Source of the DNA: Ptychomitrium polyphyllum
Taxonomy: Eukaryota
NCBI GenBank assembly: GCA_973851085.1
Contig: OZ316775.1
Coordinates: forward strand, 4,154,001 to 4,218,000
DNA length: 64,000 nucleotides
Direction of reading: 5' to 3'
The stretch's first letter is position 1, and each line of letters starts with the position of its first letter. Positions 37,074 through 48,688 of the stretch are shown in pieces. A program made the translations under genes and the position numbers. The notes beneath the pieces were generated by a model. That model was not told where the DNA came from, did no database searches, and worked only from the letters and a program-made list of their open reading frames with translations.

Positions 37074-40000
37074 ATGGAATATAGTGTCGGTGAATCTTCT
37101 GTGGTCGGGAGCACTGCCCACAGGTATGTGATTTAACATGAGTGTCAAGTCAATGCATGTGAGCAAACAGAACTGCAAATGAGTAGGCATTAGTATGATT
37201 TTTGACTTGTGTGATTTACATAAATATCTCTGTGTGTCTTGGAGCAAAGTATCGTGCCAGCCTCACATATGAAACCTTATGTGTCTACAGAGGTGGTGAA
37301 GGTTTAGAACCCAAACACAAGATCTTTCTCAGCCATAGCGGTGCACAGAAGGGCTTTGTGCAGCAACTATGCCTTGATTTAGAGAGATCTAACCGTTATC
37401 CTTTCTTCGACATTCGTCGGGACAGCTTGCCTATTGGGAAGAACTTTCCGAATCTCATCTTTGATTCTATCAAGCATTGCGAGGTTGGGGTGTTGATTTT
37501 GTCGGAGGAGTACTTCACCCGCTCAAAATGGCCAATGCTAGAATTGGATGCTCTAGTAAAGGCCAAGAAGTTGAATGATAACTTAACAATTATACCAGTG
37601 TTTCTAGGCATTTCACGTGACCGATGTCGTGACCAAGTGAATCCAGGGAGGTGGTTCTCAAGGTGGCGTGGTTGGATATCGGTGTGGCATAGGTGGGCTC
37701 AGGTTGATAGTAGAATAAACATACAAGACTGGAAGAAGGCCTTAGAGATTTTAGTCCCTACAAACGCTCTTTTCTCCAAGGATGGATTGTGTGAAGTCAA
37801 TTGTCGGGAAGAGATTGTGGATGCAGTTTGCATGTTGGTTCCTCCAGAAACCAAATGGGATGTTTCCTATGTACAAGGAAGAGCACGCCTTTGTAAGGTG
37901 AGAGAAAACATAGAAATATGAAATTTACCTCAATGTTGTTGATTAAAAGAATGGAGAAGTACATGTATGCAGATTTTCCTACGATGGCTTGTAAGATTTG
38001 GAATGAACCTAGTGACAAAGATAGAACAAAACAAGTTGTAAATATTCAGCTAAATTGTAGTTCCTTCAAAGGTTACGCCTCATGCTCACATGATATGTAT
38101 GGCAGGTTATACGTGAAAAGATTGATGAAAAACATGAATTGTCTGCAAGTTATGGAGTTCATGTGGTGGGATTGTTTGGAGTTGGTGGTATCGGAAAAAC
38201 TACAGCTTGCAAGGCTTTATGCAATGAGTTGTTTAAGACATTCCGTGGTAAAGTGTGCCATGTTGAGTTCGAAAGTGCAAATGATTTAGATTTGCTAAAA
38301 AACGTATTGAAGAGTCTTACAGATTCTAGGCTTCCGGAAGGATTTGGTGTTGACCAGGTAAAGAAAGAGTCTATTCGAATATGAATATATTATTGTATTT
38401 TTTTGAATCAAACTGCTTTCAACGTGGCTTGACAATGAAGTTTACAACGAACACATTGTGAACATTATGGAGGGCTTGACCATTTACAGCCTTTGAGTGC
38501 AGTGTCGTGATCGGCTTCGAAAAGACATGCAGAAGCAAAAAGTGTTTCTTGCTATAGACAATGTAGCAGATGCTACAAGGACAATTGATTTGGCTAAAAC
38601 TCTTCTCAGAGCAGGATACAAAGTAGGTAGTGTTGTGCTAGTGACAGCACGTTCGCTCGGTCAATTGCAACTTCTCAACATACGTGAACGTGAGTGTATT
38701 GAAATGCCAGAACTGAAAGTAGAGGAAGCAAAGTCATTGTTTCTCTACCATGCTACACCTGGGAGTGAAGACCTAAAGAATGACTACCGTACGGAGCGTT
38801 GTTTGGAGCGTTGTCAATTCAAAACAGGTGTTAACAGGTATCAGTACCATCCGCTGGCTTTGAAGGTCCTAGGCATCCAACTTGGGAGTGAGGTTGAAGA
38901 ATGGACAATACAATTGAATGATTTGGACACATTCAACCAGCTTCGAGAGAAGGAGCATCCTATCTTCTCCATTTTGAGAAAGAGTTTTGACACATTGTTA
39001 GATGACGACCAGCAGTTATTTATGGATATCGCTCTCTTCTCCCCTGAAGTACCTGGAGAAAAGACTTCGAAGTACTGGAAGCAGATCAACATTTTTGAGT
39101 GGCTTAGCATGGTGCATAAAGTGAGTGAAGCTGATGTCAAGAGAAGGGTGAGGCTTCTGGATGATTTGCATTGGTATTTTAAAGATCTTAGCCTTTACTT
39201 AGTTGCTAGATACATCTTGTTGTCTTAGAAAAGATCAATATCTAACAGGTGTTGCATGTCCATCATGAGTTTTAAGCAGCCTAAAATAGTTTTCAAAGAG
39301 TGATACTTTTGTATTGAGAGTCATGGAACCTTTTGTATGACCGGTTTCTGATGGCTGCAGCTAAAAATCCTGGAGCGGAAGTCACTTTTAGAAAATTTGG
39401 GTGATGGCAGCACAAGCATTGGCATGCATGATCTTTGGCGTGAGTTTTGTGTTTTGCAATCAAAAGCTGGAGATTCGAACTGCCCACGTTGGGTACATGA
39501 GGAACTCGACCTTTCCCATGTCGGACCTGAAGTGTCTATCCTCTCTGGTGGTGGTTGGAAGAACATGCAAAGAATGTGTTTGTCATCAATGATTCAAACT
39601 ACAGTAATGGAAGTGAATCTCAGCAAGTGCTCAAATCTTGTGGTATTCAAGTCTGTAAACTTGGTTATGGAAGACAATCTGCTGGACCTGAGCGTAGTGA
39701 AACGTTTGAAGAGTTTGGAGCTTTGGACTAATAATCGATCCAAAGGTCCTACATTGGAAGTTCGTGGACTTGGATCATTAAGGCATCTTCTTGTTCTGAG
39801 GATGGATGGCATCCCAAATGACTCTTCATGTATTGAAGAGATTGGGAGTCTCACAAACCTCCAGGTCTTGCAGTTGGAATGTCGAGCTGAAACAAACAAA
39901 CTGCCAGATTTAGGGAGGCTAAGCTTGTTGCGAGAGGTTACCTGTGCTCGATTTTCCAAGGCATGCACTATATCAAGCTTTAACTCAAATATGACTACCT

Positions 40001-41223
40001 TGAGATATTTGTGTCTAAGCGGATGCGAGTCATTGCAAAGCTGCCCTGGTGTGGATAGCCTTCTTGCCCTGGAGGAGCTTGATTTATCCGATTGTAAAAA
40101 CCTGAAAGAGTTACCCAGTTTACGAAAGCTCAAATGCTTACAGAGATTGGATATCATGAATTGCCATTTGATTAAGGCAGTGCGAGGTTTAGATGGCTTG
40201 GCTGGCTTGAAAAAGCTCCTAGCTTTCCGGTGCTACAAACTTGCGAAGTTGCCCAAGTTAGTGGCGCTCAAAAACCTGCAGGAATTGGACATAAGGTGGT
40301 GCGGTTTGGATGAGGGGGTGCGGTTTGAATTAGGCTTGAGCGATCTAATTGCTTTGCAAGTGATCCGGGCCAACTTTGGACAGGCAGAAGACTGGCTTCA
40401 CCTCCACAAGCTGACGAAACTACAAGAGGTGGACATTTGGAATTGCGACCCAGAAGGATTGTTGTGTGTGGCTAAGTTGGCGAATTTGGAGCAGCTTCAA
40501 CTTAATTGTTGTACAGAAGTGGATGATTTGGCTGCAGATCTTTTGAATTTGACAAGATTACAAAGTCTTGTTATTGATGTCTGCAATTTCAAGGCGGTAT
40601 CAGGTGTGAGCAACTTAACCACATTACAGAGCCTTCAAATAACTGGGTGCGGGGATTTGGAGAGCTTACCTAACATGGAAAAACTCATAAGATTGGAGAC
40701 ACTTTATATCAGTATCTGCTCAAGTCTAAGTGTGTGGGAAGGTGTGAGCAGACCAAGCTCACTTGGAGTCGAGCCTTATCTTCCATCACTACAATCTTTG
40801 AAGTTGATTAACACGCCAATTACAGAGTTACCAGATTTAAATGCTTTCCCTTGTTTGAAAGACCTCGAACTTTACGATTGTGGAAGCTTAACGAACTTGA
40901 CCAGCAGCGGGCCCTTGACTACTTTGGAAAACCTTGAGTTTCATGATTGTGGGCAGTTGTCAGCACTGCCAGATTTCAGCGGCTCAAAGCGTCTGAGATG
41001 GTACCAATTGGAGAATTGTGGAGTGCAGCTGAATGCGCATGAGATAGAGAATCTCAAAGCAATGTGCCCTGACTTAACTTTGAAGGATCCCACCGGACCT
41101 GATTCAGGCTCTGACTCCGACTCTGATTCAAGCTTACTGGCTGCCCTTGAATTAGAACTAGCTGACTTCCATTATGAGAGGCCGCTTAAGAGGCAAAAGG
41201 CACGAAGATTATCCTTGGTGTAA
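37074..41223 (+). CDS. TIR-NB-ARC-LRR (TNL) immune receptor, about 1138 aa. Exons 37074-37123, 37291-37897, 38106-38357, 38503-39147, 39361-41223
   Basis: TIR (IFLSHSG, FFD, SEEYFTRSKWPMLEL), P-loop GVGGIGKTT, kinase-2 VFLAIDNV, RNBS-B GSVVLVTARS, GLPL-like YHPLAL, MHDLWREF and many LxxLxLxxC repeats. GT-AG introns sum to 3417 nt with no internal stop. Confidence 0.92.
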
Positions 41224-44170
41224 GTTATTGTGCAGCTGTAAGTTAGTCGTGTTTTTCACAGGTAGAATGTAATCATTACTAACAGAAGCTGTGCAGTCAT
41301 TACCTGCGCAGGAAACAACGTGATCATTAAGGAGCTAAGTGTTCTTTATTAAATAGATTACCATAGAGTACATGCAGTTATAAATCTGGGTGTTTCTACA
41401 CCATGCAAAATTCAAATTCGGCGTCATATCTTTATTTTATTACCTTCGCATGCCAAGTATAACCTTGGACGTGTTGTTGATGGGCAGAGTTTCTTGTCTT
41501 TTTTGTCGTTAATCTTGTTCGGTAATTATTTTGCAGCCTATTTTGGACCTATTATGCCATAGCCTCTTTGATAGTGCCCATTGATTAGTTATAGAGCCCA
41601 TCTTCTTTATAATTCAGGAAATGTTTTAAAGTTGAGCCTTATATTATTTCTTGTATTTCATAGAATTATACTAAAGGATGATAAAATCTTAAGGAATTAA
41701 ATCTCACCTATAAAGGTTGAGATTTGAGGAGGAAACAATGTGGCTAATTTGATCCCTTGAGCATGTGAAAGTTTATTCAATCTTCTTCTACCTTGCATCA
41801 TTCATTGCGTTAAATTTAAAGTTGTTATATATGTGAAGTATCTATTGTCTTCCTTTCATTGTTGATTGTTTGAAACCATTCATTTCAATTCATCCAATAA
41901 AATTTAAAAATGTATTGAATTAAAGAGTGATGATTAATATTAAACACGTCTTAATCTTTTAAGGACTTTCCCTTAAACTTATTCTTGTTTTGTAATCCTC
42001 AATTAATTGTGTGTAATTAATATATAAAATTATAGTGTTTTCATTGTTATAGGATTTTTTTTGGAAAATTTTGCATTTAATATGCAATATTAGGTTTTGA
42101 ATTAAATACTAATCTAAAGGATTTGGAAACAAATCAAAAAATTTAACAGCCGCAATCTAATTTTCAAAATTGTGTTGTAATGGATAATTGAAGATTTGCT
42201 ATGGTATTGCTGGATGGCTAACATTGGTAGTTGAGTAGAACATATAGTTGCCGCCTTATTTTACATGTGTAGATAAACAGAGGCATGCAAATAAAAGTGT
42301 GTTCACCATGGATGTGTGGAATTTATGTGGAATTTCTAAAATCAGCAACCAACAAAACAAGAGGCAAATTTAGCCTTTTGGAATCCATACATCCATGGTC
42401 AACTATTAATTCTTTGGTATTACATGTTACAAACTCTATTCATAATAAATTTCGTAGACAATTTTTGGCTAAAAGTCTAAATTGCTAATGTCTATTATTA
42501 AAAAAAATTAAAATTAAAAAAACATTGTAAAAGAGTGCTTACCAATTTTAACACCAACTTTAACATTTGGCAACCATGTAGTGTTTTAAATAGGTTTCTC
42601 TTGTTTCGCACCATTCTTCCAATACTAGTCAATTCCTACTCCTATATTAAAAATTATATATCTATTGTAGCCTTATTTCTTACAATTTGTTCTTCCAAAT
42701 CTATGAACTGTCTTTACACTTGTGTACAAGAACCTTTACTTCCTTTAAGACTTACTTTCGCTCAACGTACCAATTCATACCAAGCACGTACTTTTTATTC
42801 TCTAAATCTTTCATTTCCAACAATTACCAATTCTTCCTTTCCTCAAATTTATAGATGGATCCCCTACCACATACCCAACGTCCTTGAACGGCTAAAAACA
42901 TTCTTCGTTCTCATTCCCTTCCCCATCCTCACTCTACTCACCTACCAAATTCACCCAATAGTCAGTAGTCTACACATGCTCCACATAACCTTCGGAATGA
43001 CCTTTCGTTCTTCCAGGAACGCGTCCACCAACTTAGTGCTTCATCCCAAACTCCATTCAATTGATGGACATGAGAAGATGACGGTTTTGTCTTAGTATAA
43101 ACGCCACCTTCTCCCATCATACAATCAATACCACCTATATTATCCCCGTGGCAAGAATTTATGACTAATCCAATTATACATTCTTTCCATATACCACATC
43201 TGGACGGCACTTTTGATGGCCTTCCCACCAATCCCTTCTCAATTATTGCCAATTTTCCATCTTCAAACCACAACTTTAATATCTCCTACTTTTGGGGCCT
43301 ACTAAATATTAAAAAAAAATTCCACACCATCCTCCCTTTATTTCTTTTTCTACTTTTCTAACTTTTCTATCAAATACCAATAGATCCAAACACCATCCAA
43401 TAGTTTTTCCACTAAATCTATCTTCATCCATAAAGTGACCTCTTCTCTACTCTCCTATTAGAAAAGCCCTTTCATATTCCAATTACCAAACCAGAAAATA
43501 TCTTGAATATCATTGTCAAAAAATTTTATTGGCACTTACTGTAAATGGTAAAACTAGCCTTCTTTACAGCTTGAATTGTTTGGTAGTATCCTCACTTACA
43601 ATGAATCTACTTGGTTCATATTTCATTGCATTTAATTACTTTATAAGACTGTAGATGTTGCAGACAGAGTAACCACAACACAAGGCTTCAAAATTCCAAG
43701 ATGTAAAACAAGATAAGCCTAAATATATTAGAGGTAAAGAACTACAATAAAATATAAAAGACAAGGCCAAAAAGGTCTGAGCTAGACCATAAGAAATGCG
43801 TTGTCAAGACTAAACAGCTCTTCATCCTTGACTCCTCTATATACTAGAACCACAAGCCTTGAAAGCTTCTTGAGAAGCTTCACCTACATTGCTTTGTATT
43901 CAAGCAACCTTGAGTTGCTTCCTTGGAAAAATCTTAGGCCAAAATAAGCTTCATAAGCCAAGGAAACTTCCTTAGAAGCTTCCTAAATCTTCTAAGAATT
44001 TTTCTAGATGCTTCTAATATGTATGTCCATGACATCACCTCTCCTTCTAGCTCCAAGGTCTCCAAGCAACAATAAATGCTCAAAGTCATAAAAAGTAAAA
44101 AAATTATTGCATGAAATCTGCAAAATACTCCAATTGCCTTTCTCGATTCAAATGATTCATGAATCCTTGT

Positions 44171-44651
44171 TGTTACAGACACAGTAACTACAAGACAAGG
44201 CTCTAGGATTCCAAAATGTGGAACAAGATAAGTCTAAGTAAATTAGAGGTAAAGAACTATAACAAGGTTTAAAGGACAAGGCCAAAAGGTCTGCGCTAGA
44301 CCACAAGAGATGCATTGTCGAGACTAAATAGTTCTTTAGCCTTGGCTTCTACATATACTAGAAGTACAAGCCTTTGAAGCTTCTTGAAAAGCTTCACCTA
44401 CAATGCTTTGTACTCAAGCAGCCTTAAGTTGCTTCTTTGGAAGATTCCTAGGCCGAGATAACTTCCTATAAAGCTTCCTAAGCCTAAGGTAACATCTTTA
44501 GAAGCTTCCAAAGCCGAGGCAACCTCCTTGGTAGCTTCCTAAGCCATGGCAACTTCCTTAGAAGTTTCCTAACTCTAATGTAACTTCTTTGGAAGCTTCC
44601 TAAATCTTCTTAGAATCCTTCTACATACTTCTAATATGTATGTCCGTGACA
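44171..44651 (-). mobile_element. Additional family-B LTR with its own PPT and about 380 bp of 3' internal sequence (to about 45030)
   Basis: TGTTACAGAC...GTCCGTGACA inverted termini and 30-bp internal repeats. The following sequence matches 44035-44165 and 17632-18020. Confidence 0.8.
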
Positions 44652-45029
44652 TCACCTCTCCTTCTAGCTCCAAGATCTCCATGGAGCAACAAATGCTTAA
44701 AGTCATAAGAAATAAAAAAAATTGTTGCATGATATTTATAACACACTCTAATTTCCTTTCTCAATTCAAATGGTTCATAGGTCCTTATAACCACCAATAG
44801 TGTCCAACGCCTTCTATTTGGGACCAAGCATGTATCTTTGTTGTGAAAGTGTCCTTCAAAAGTATCTTTTGGATAAACTTCGTAAGCTGCCTCTACTTCA
44901 AAGACAATCACCAACAATCTATTGCTAGGTATCCTCCAACGTCTTCTTGATCCAATCTGTTCTTCATTACAAGGTCATCAACGAGAGCCACTTGGTTGGG
45001 TTGACACCAGTGGCATGATATCTACATCT

Positions 45030-47373
45030 TAATCCTACTTTACCACTTTATAACTTCTTTTCTAATACAAATCTAGACTTAAAACTTTATACACACATTA
45101 ATCATCTTACAATAAACATTTCACCAAATTATCAACCTCAAAAACTCCTTCAATCTTCTCTTATGGCTCAATATGTACAACCGCAATTCTATTGTATATA
45201 GATCTCAAAGTCCCAACTACAATTTTTCTTATATCTTCCATTATACAAGCCATTTCTTTTCCAAAGTTTTACAATATCATTGTGAAGTAGTTTAAATATT
45301 AATTTTTAAATTTCATCATCAAATTCTAAATACACAAAAAATTATAAGCACCTAAAGCAGCTGCTCCTTGAAACTCCAGGCAGCTCACTCAACTTCACTC
45401 AAACTAGAGCCACGATCACATATTAACTTCAAATGGAGCGTGTGATGATATTCTAAAGAGAAAACAAAGAAAAAAAGAAAACTCAATAAAAATCAAGTCC
45501 AAATAAAAAATGTACTACGAGATATGGTCAAAGATAGGGCTGCCTTAAGTAACAAGTGAAAGAGGGCAAGAGAGAAAAAGAAGGTGGTGGTCAAACCGCC
45601 ACATCCACCTCTTATCACTCCATATTAGCTTCTAATTTCCTTTATCAAGTTCTTATCTAACCATGTTTTCAAATAAAAAACAACCTAAATCTTTTTCTTT
45701 TGCTTTTCTTTTATTTCTTTCTTTTGGTTGAAACTTCTAGGTTCTAAACTACAAAGGAAGACAAAACCAATCCTCACAAATCTAACGTAGAAATAAAAAG
45801 AAGAAAACAAGAAAAATATTAAAATTCAATGAATATAAAATTACTGTTGAGGCAGAATTAAACACCAAGCCACAAACTAGGTAGTTGAATATAGCTTAGC
45901 TATAAAATTGGTCCCTGTTTGATTTTTCTTGGATTCTATTGCGTACCTTTCTTCCAAGAGTGCCCGCAACTCTAAGGACACAAGGGAGACCCCAGAGTGA
46001 CGTTTGGGACTTGTGGCGCTGATAATGAGGTGAATTGAGTGGGCTTAGTGTGGGGAGGACTTTGAGGGGGAGAAATATCCTTGCCCATATAGACTGAGGG
46101 CCATGAAGGAGAAATTGTAGGCATTAGAAGACTCATGACAAGTTGATTCTATAATGCTAAAGATTACTCAAATCGGACAAGGGAGCTAAAAGATATGGCA
46201 CCCCAAAGTTGGAACTATCAAAGGGCTGTTCTGGACTGTGGCAGCCCTAAACTATGATTGTACTGGACTGGGACAATGTAGGAAAGGACTCCCCGAGAGT
46301 CCCAAACCTTGGAAGAGGCATATTTTCCAGAATAATAAATCAAATTGGACATTTGAGGAGTCTATCGGCATCCACACAAAGATTAGATGACGATAGAGTG
46401 GTTGCTTGATAAATTCGGAAACCAAACGTAGAAGATATGGCTCTTTGAAAGTCCGCAGAAAGTCCTGAAGGCTTCCAGCGGCTAAGTTCTAAGGAAGATT
46501 AAGTGGTTTTCCAAAGTTTTTGGTAAATTAGAATTCAGCCAGTTACAGAGGGCCAGGGGACCTACCAAATCCCACAGAGAGTACTATAGAGGAGGGCTGG
46601 TCCCCCTCCCCACTCCCCTAGTGTCTCGGTAGGAATCAAAAGTGAATCCCGGTTGATAGAGCAAAGTATTGGGACTTCACTACGGGGACTCCCACACCAT
46701 TGTGAGTTGGTGGGTGACCAATTTTACAAAAGGAACTAGTGAGATCAAAAGGGTACGCTTGTTGTTACTAAGTTGGAGTAGTGTCTTCATGCCGGCATTA
46801 TGATAACGCGGGGTGATCTTAGGATTACATGGAAATCATATATTCTAGTGAAGAGACACCACTAAGTGCAGTTAGGCCGTGTAGAATGGGAGTAACACCA
46901 AGTGAGGCCTTGGACATGAATGGAAATCCGCACCTAATCATTGGCTACCAATCAGTTGGATGTTCAAAGAGAAATGGTAGAGAAAATTAGAAACAAAGTC
47001 TGGGACTTGGAGAGTAAAAATGGGAGTTAACCATGTACATGTGGAGGTGTACAAAGTTGACATACGTGATGTTGTTAAGGTGCATTACAGGGTTTGCAAC
47101 AGATTTGTTGATTGGGATGGCGGCATTTGGCGTGGTACGGCTAGTGAGAAGGGCAGACAGGAAAATAACACAGTCAATCGGTGCCTTTACCCTGAACTAA
47201 AACAAGGTGTAGTTCTACCTCTAAAATACTCAAAAGCGTGGTTTCACCTTGATTTTTTTCACCTAACTTCTCTTTTCATCCTACTACTCTTTTTTAAAAT
47301 AAAATAAATTAAAATCTACAAAATAATACATATTAGCTAAGTTTTAAGCCATGTAATTATTTATAGCACAACG
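45030..47373. mobile_element. Family-C element, reverse orientation, truncated at about 45030 and interrupted by a family-A solo LTR
   Basis: Reverse complement of the conserved C blocks (GGTCAAACCGCCACATCC about 45590; GTGGTTTCACC about 47238). Confidence 0.7.
45937..47101 (+). mobile_element. Solo LTR, family A
   Basis: TATTGCGTACC...GTTTGCAACA termini, flanks GATTC/GATTT, colinear with 16228-17346. Confidence 0.88.
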
Positions 47374-48616
47374 GTCTCTACCGTGGCTAGACGTTCTTAT
47401 TTTCTTGCAATGCATTTAAAATGGTGTTTGTACAGCTCATCTGATATGTACGTGGAGATTTGTTTAGGCAGCTATCAACCTTGTGGCCAAATTTTCCACA
47501 ACACAAATACAACCCTTGTTCTCTTTGTTGCTTCTTTTCGTGTTCAATAAAGGATTTGAAGTGAACCGCATCAATCTGCATGGCATTTGCTCCCAAATAC
47601 TTATTAGAAGTAAATAAGGCTGCAGCTACTGAAAAGTTAGTGTAAAATCAAGGTGTAATCAAAGTCTGTTTATCTTATTGACATTGAAATAGATAATTAT
47701 TGCACTTCAAAGCTTGGCTGATGGCCTCATCAAGTGTTTGGGGGTCTGGCATGGATAGCAATAAATCCTTAACCTCGTCGCATATGCTCCAATGAAATTG
47801 ACTCACCAGCGCTTCTTCTTCCCAGTTCATGTCGGATGCAAGTTGTTGAAATTCTAATGCATAAATTGACATAGAATGTAGCCCTTAGCGCAAGGCATGA
47901 ATCTTAGTAGTTGCAGAACAAAGCTTGTCATGGTTACCAAATGCTTTTCCAAATGCGGCTAGAAACGCATCAAAGTTGCAAAGTATGGAAGAATTCTTCT
48001 CAAAAAGTGGTACAAACCATGACAATGCTTGTCTTGAGAGCAACGTTCCTACCAAACCAATATGCAAAGCATCCTTAAGATACCGCCGAGGTTCAAGCAA
48101 GGTAACAAGTCGAACTTAGTTTACAAAACCTTGAAGTTTTGAATGCGTACCATCAAACTTCTTTGGAAGGTTGATTCTTGGTTCTTTGGCCATTGGCATT
48201 GAATTCCTAGCTTGAACTTGTCCGTCATCTATAAAATCATGTCTAGATGATGAAGCACCTAAGTTGACTTGGAATAGCAACTGCAGTGCTTCTACTCTTT
48301 CACCATTGTGTATGGTCAAATACAGTTCTTTGTTTTGCTTGGATAAAGTCTTGGTTTTGATCCTCAATGCTTCAAGAGCATTGATAATGGAATCTAACTT
48401 TGTTTCTTTTGAATCAGTCATATTGATTTATTCATTCTTTGGCATAGAAATGAAGTGGGAATGAATAAAAACTGTTAACTAAGCAAGAATCCAAAGAGAA
48501 TTCAAGAGGAAATATCAGTCTAGAGGAAGGTAATCCGCAACTTCTAGGGTGCTATAGAGCTTTCAAAAAAAGAGGGGTGATCCGCTCTCTATCAAGAAAG
48601 ACCAAGCTTTATAGCA

Positions 48617-48688
48617 CCTAAATCCTAAACCCTAAACCCTAAAACACCTAAACACCTAAACTCTAAATACCTAAACACCTAAACCCTA
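48617..48688. repeat. Degenerate plant telomere-type repeats (CCCTAAA)n in the leader of the B element
   Basis: CCTAAATCCTAAACCCTAAACCCTAAAACACCTAAACACCTAAACTCTAAATACCTAAACACCTAAACCCTA. Confidence 0.8.

Noticed and set aside
42962..43273. Minus-strand ORF with gag-like EALSWW
   Set aside because: A single short motif with no other gag features. The region is probably TE-derived but could not be assigned.
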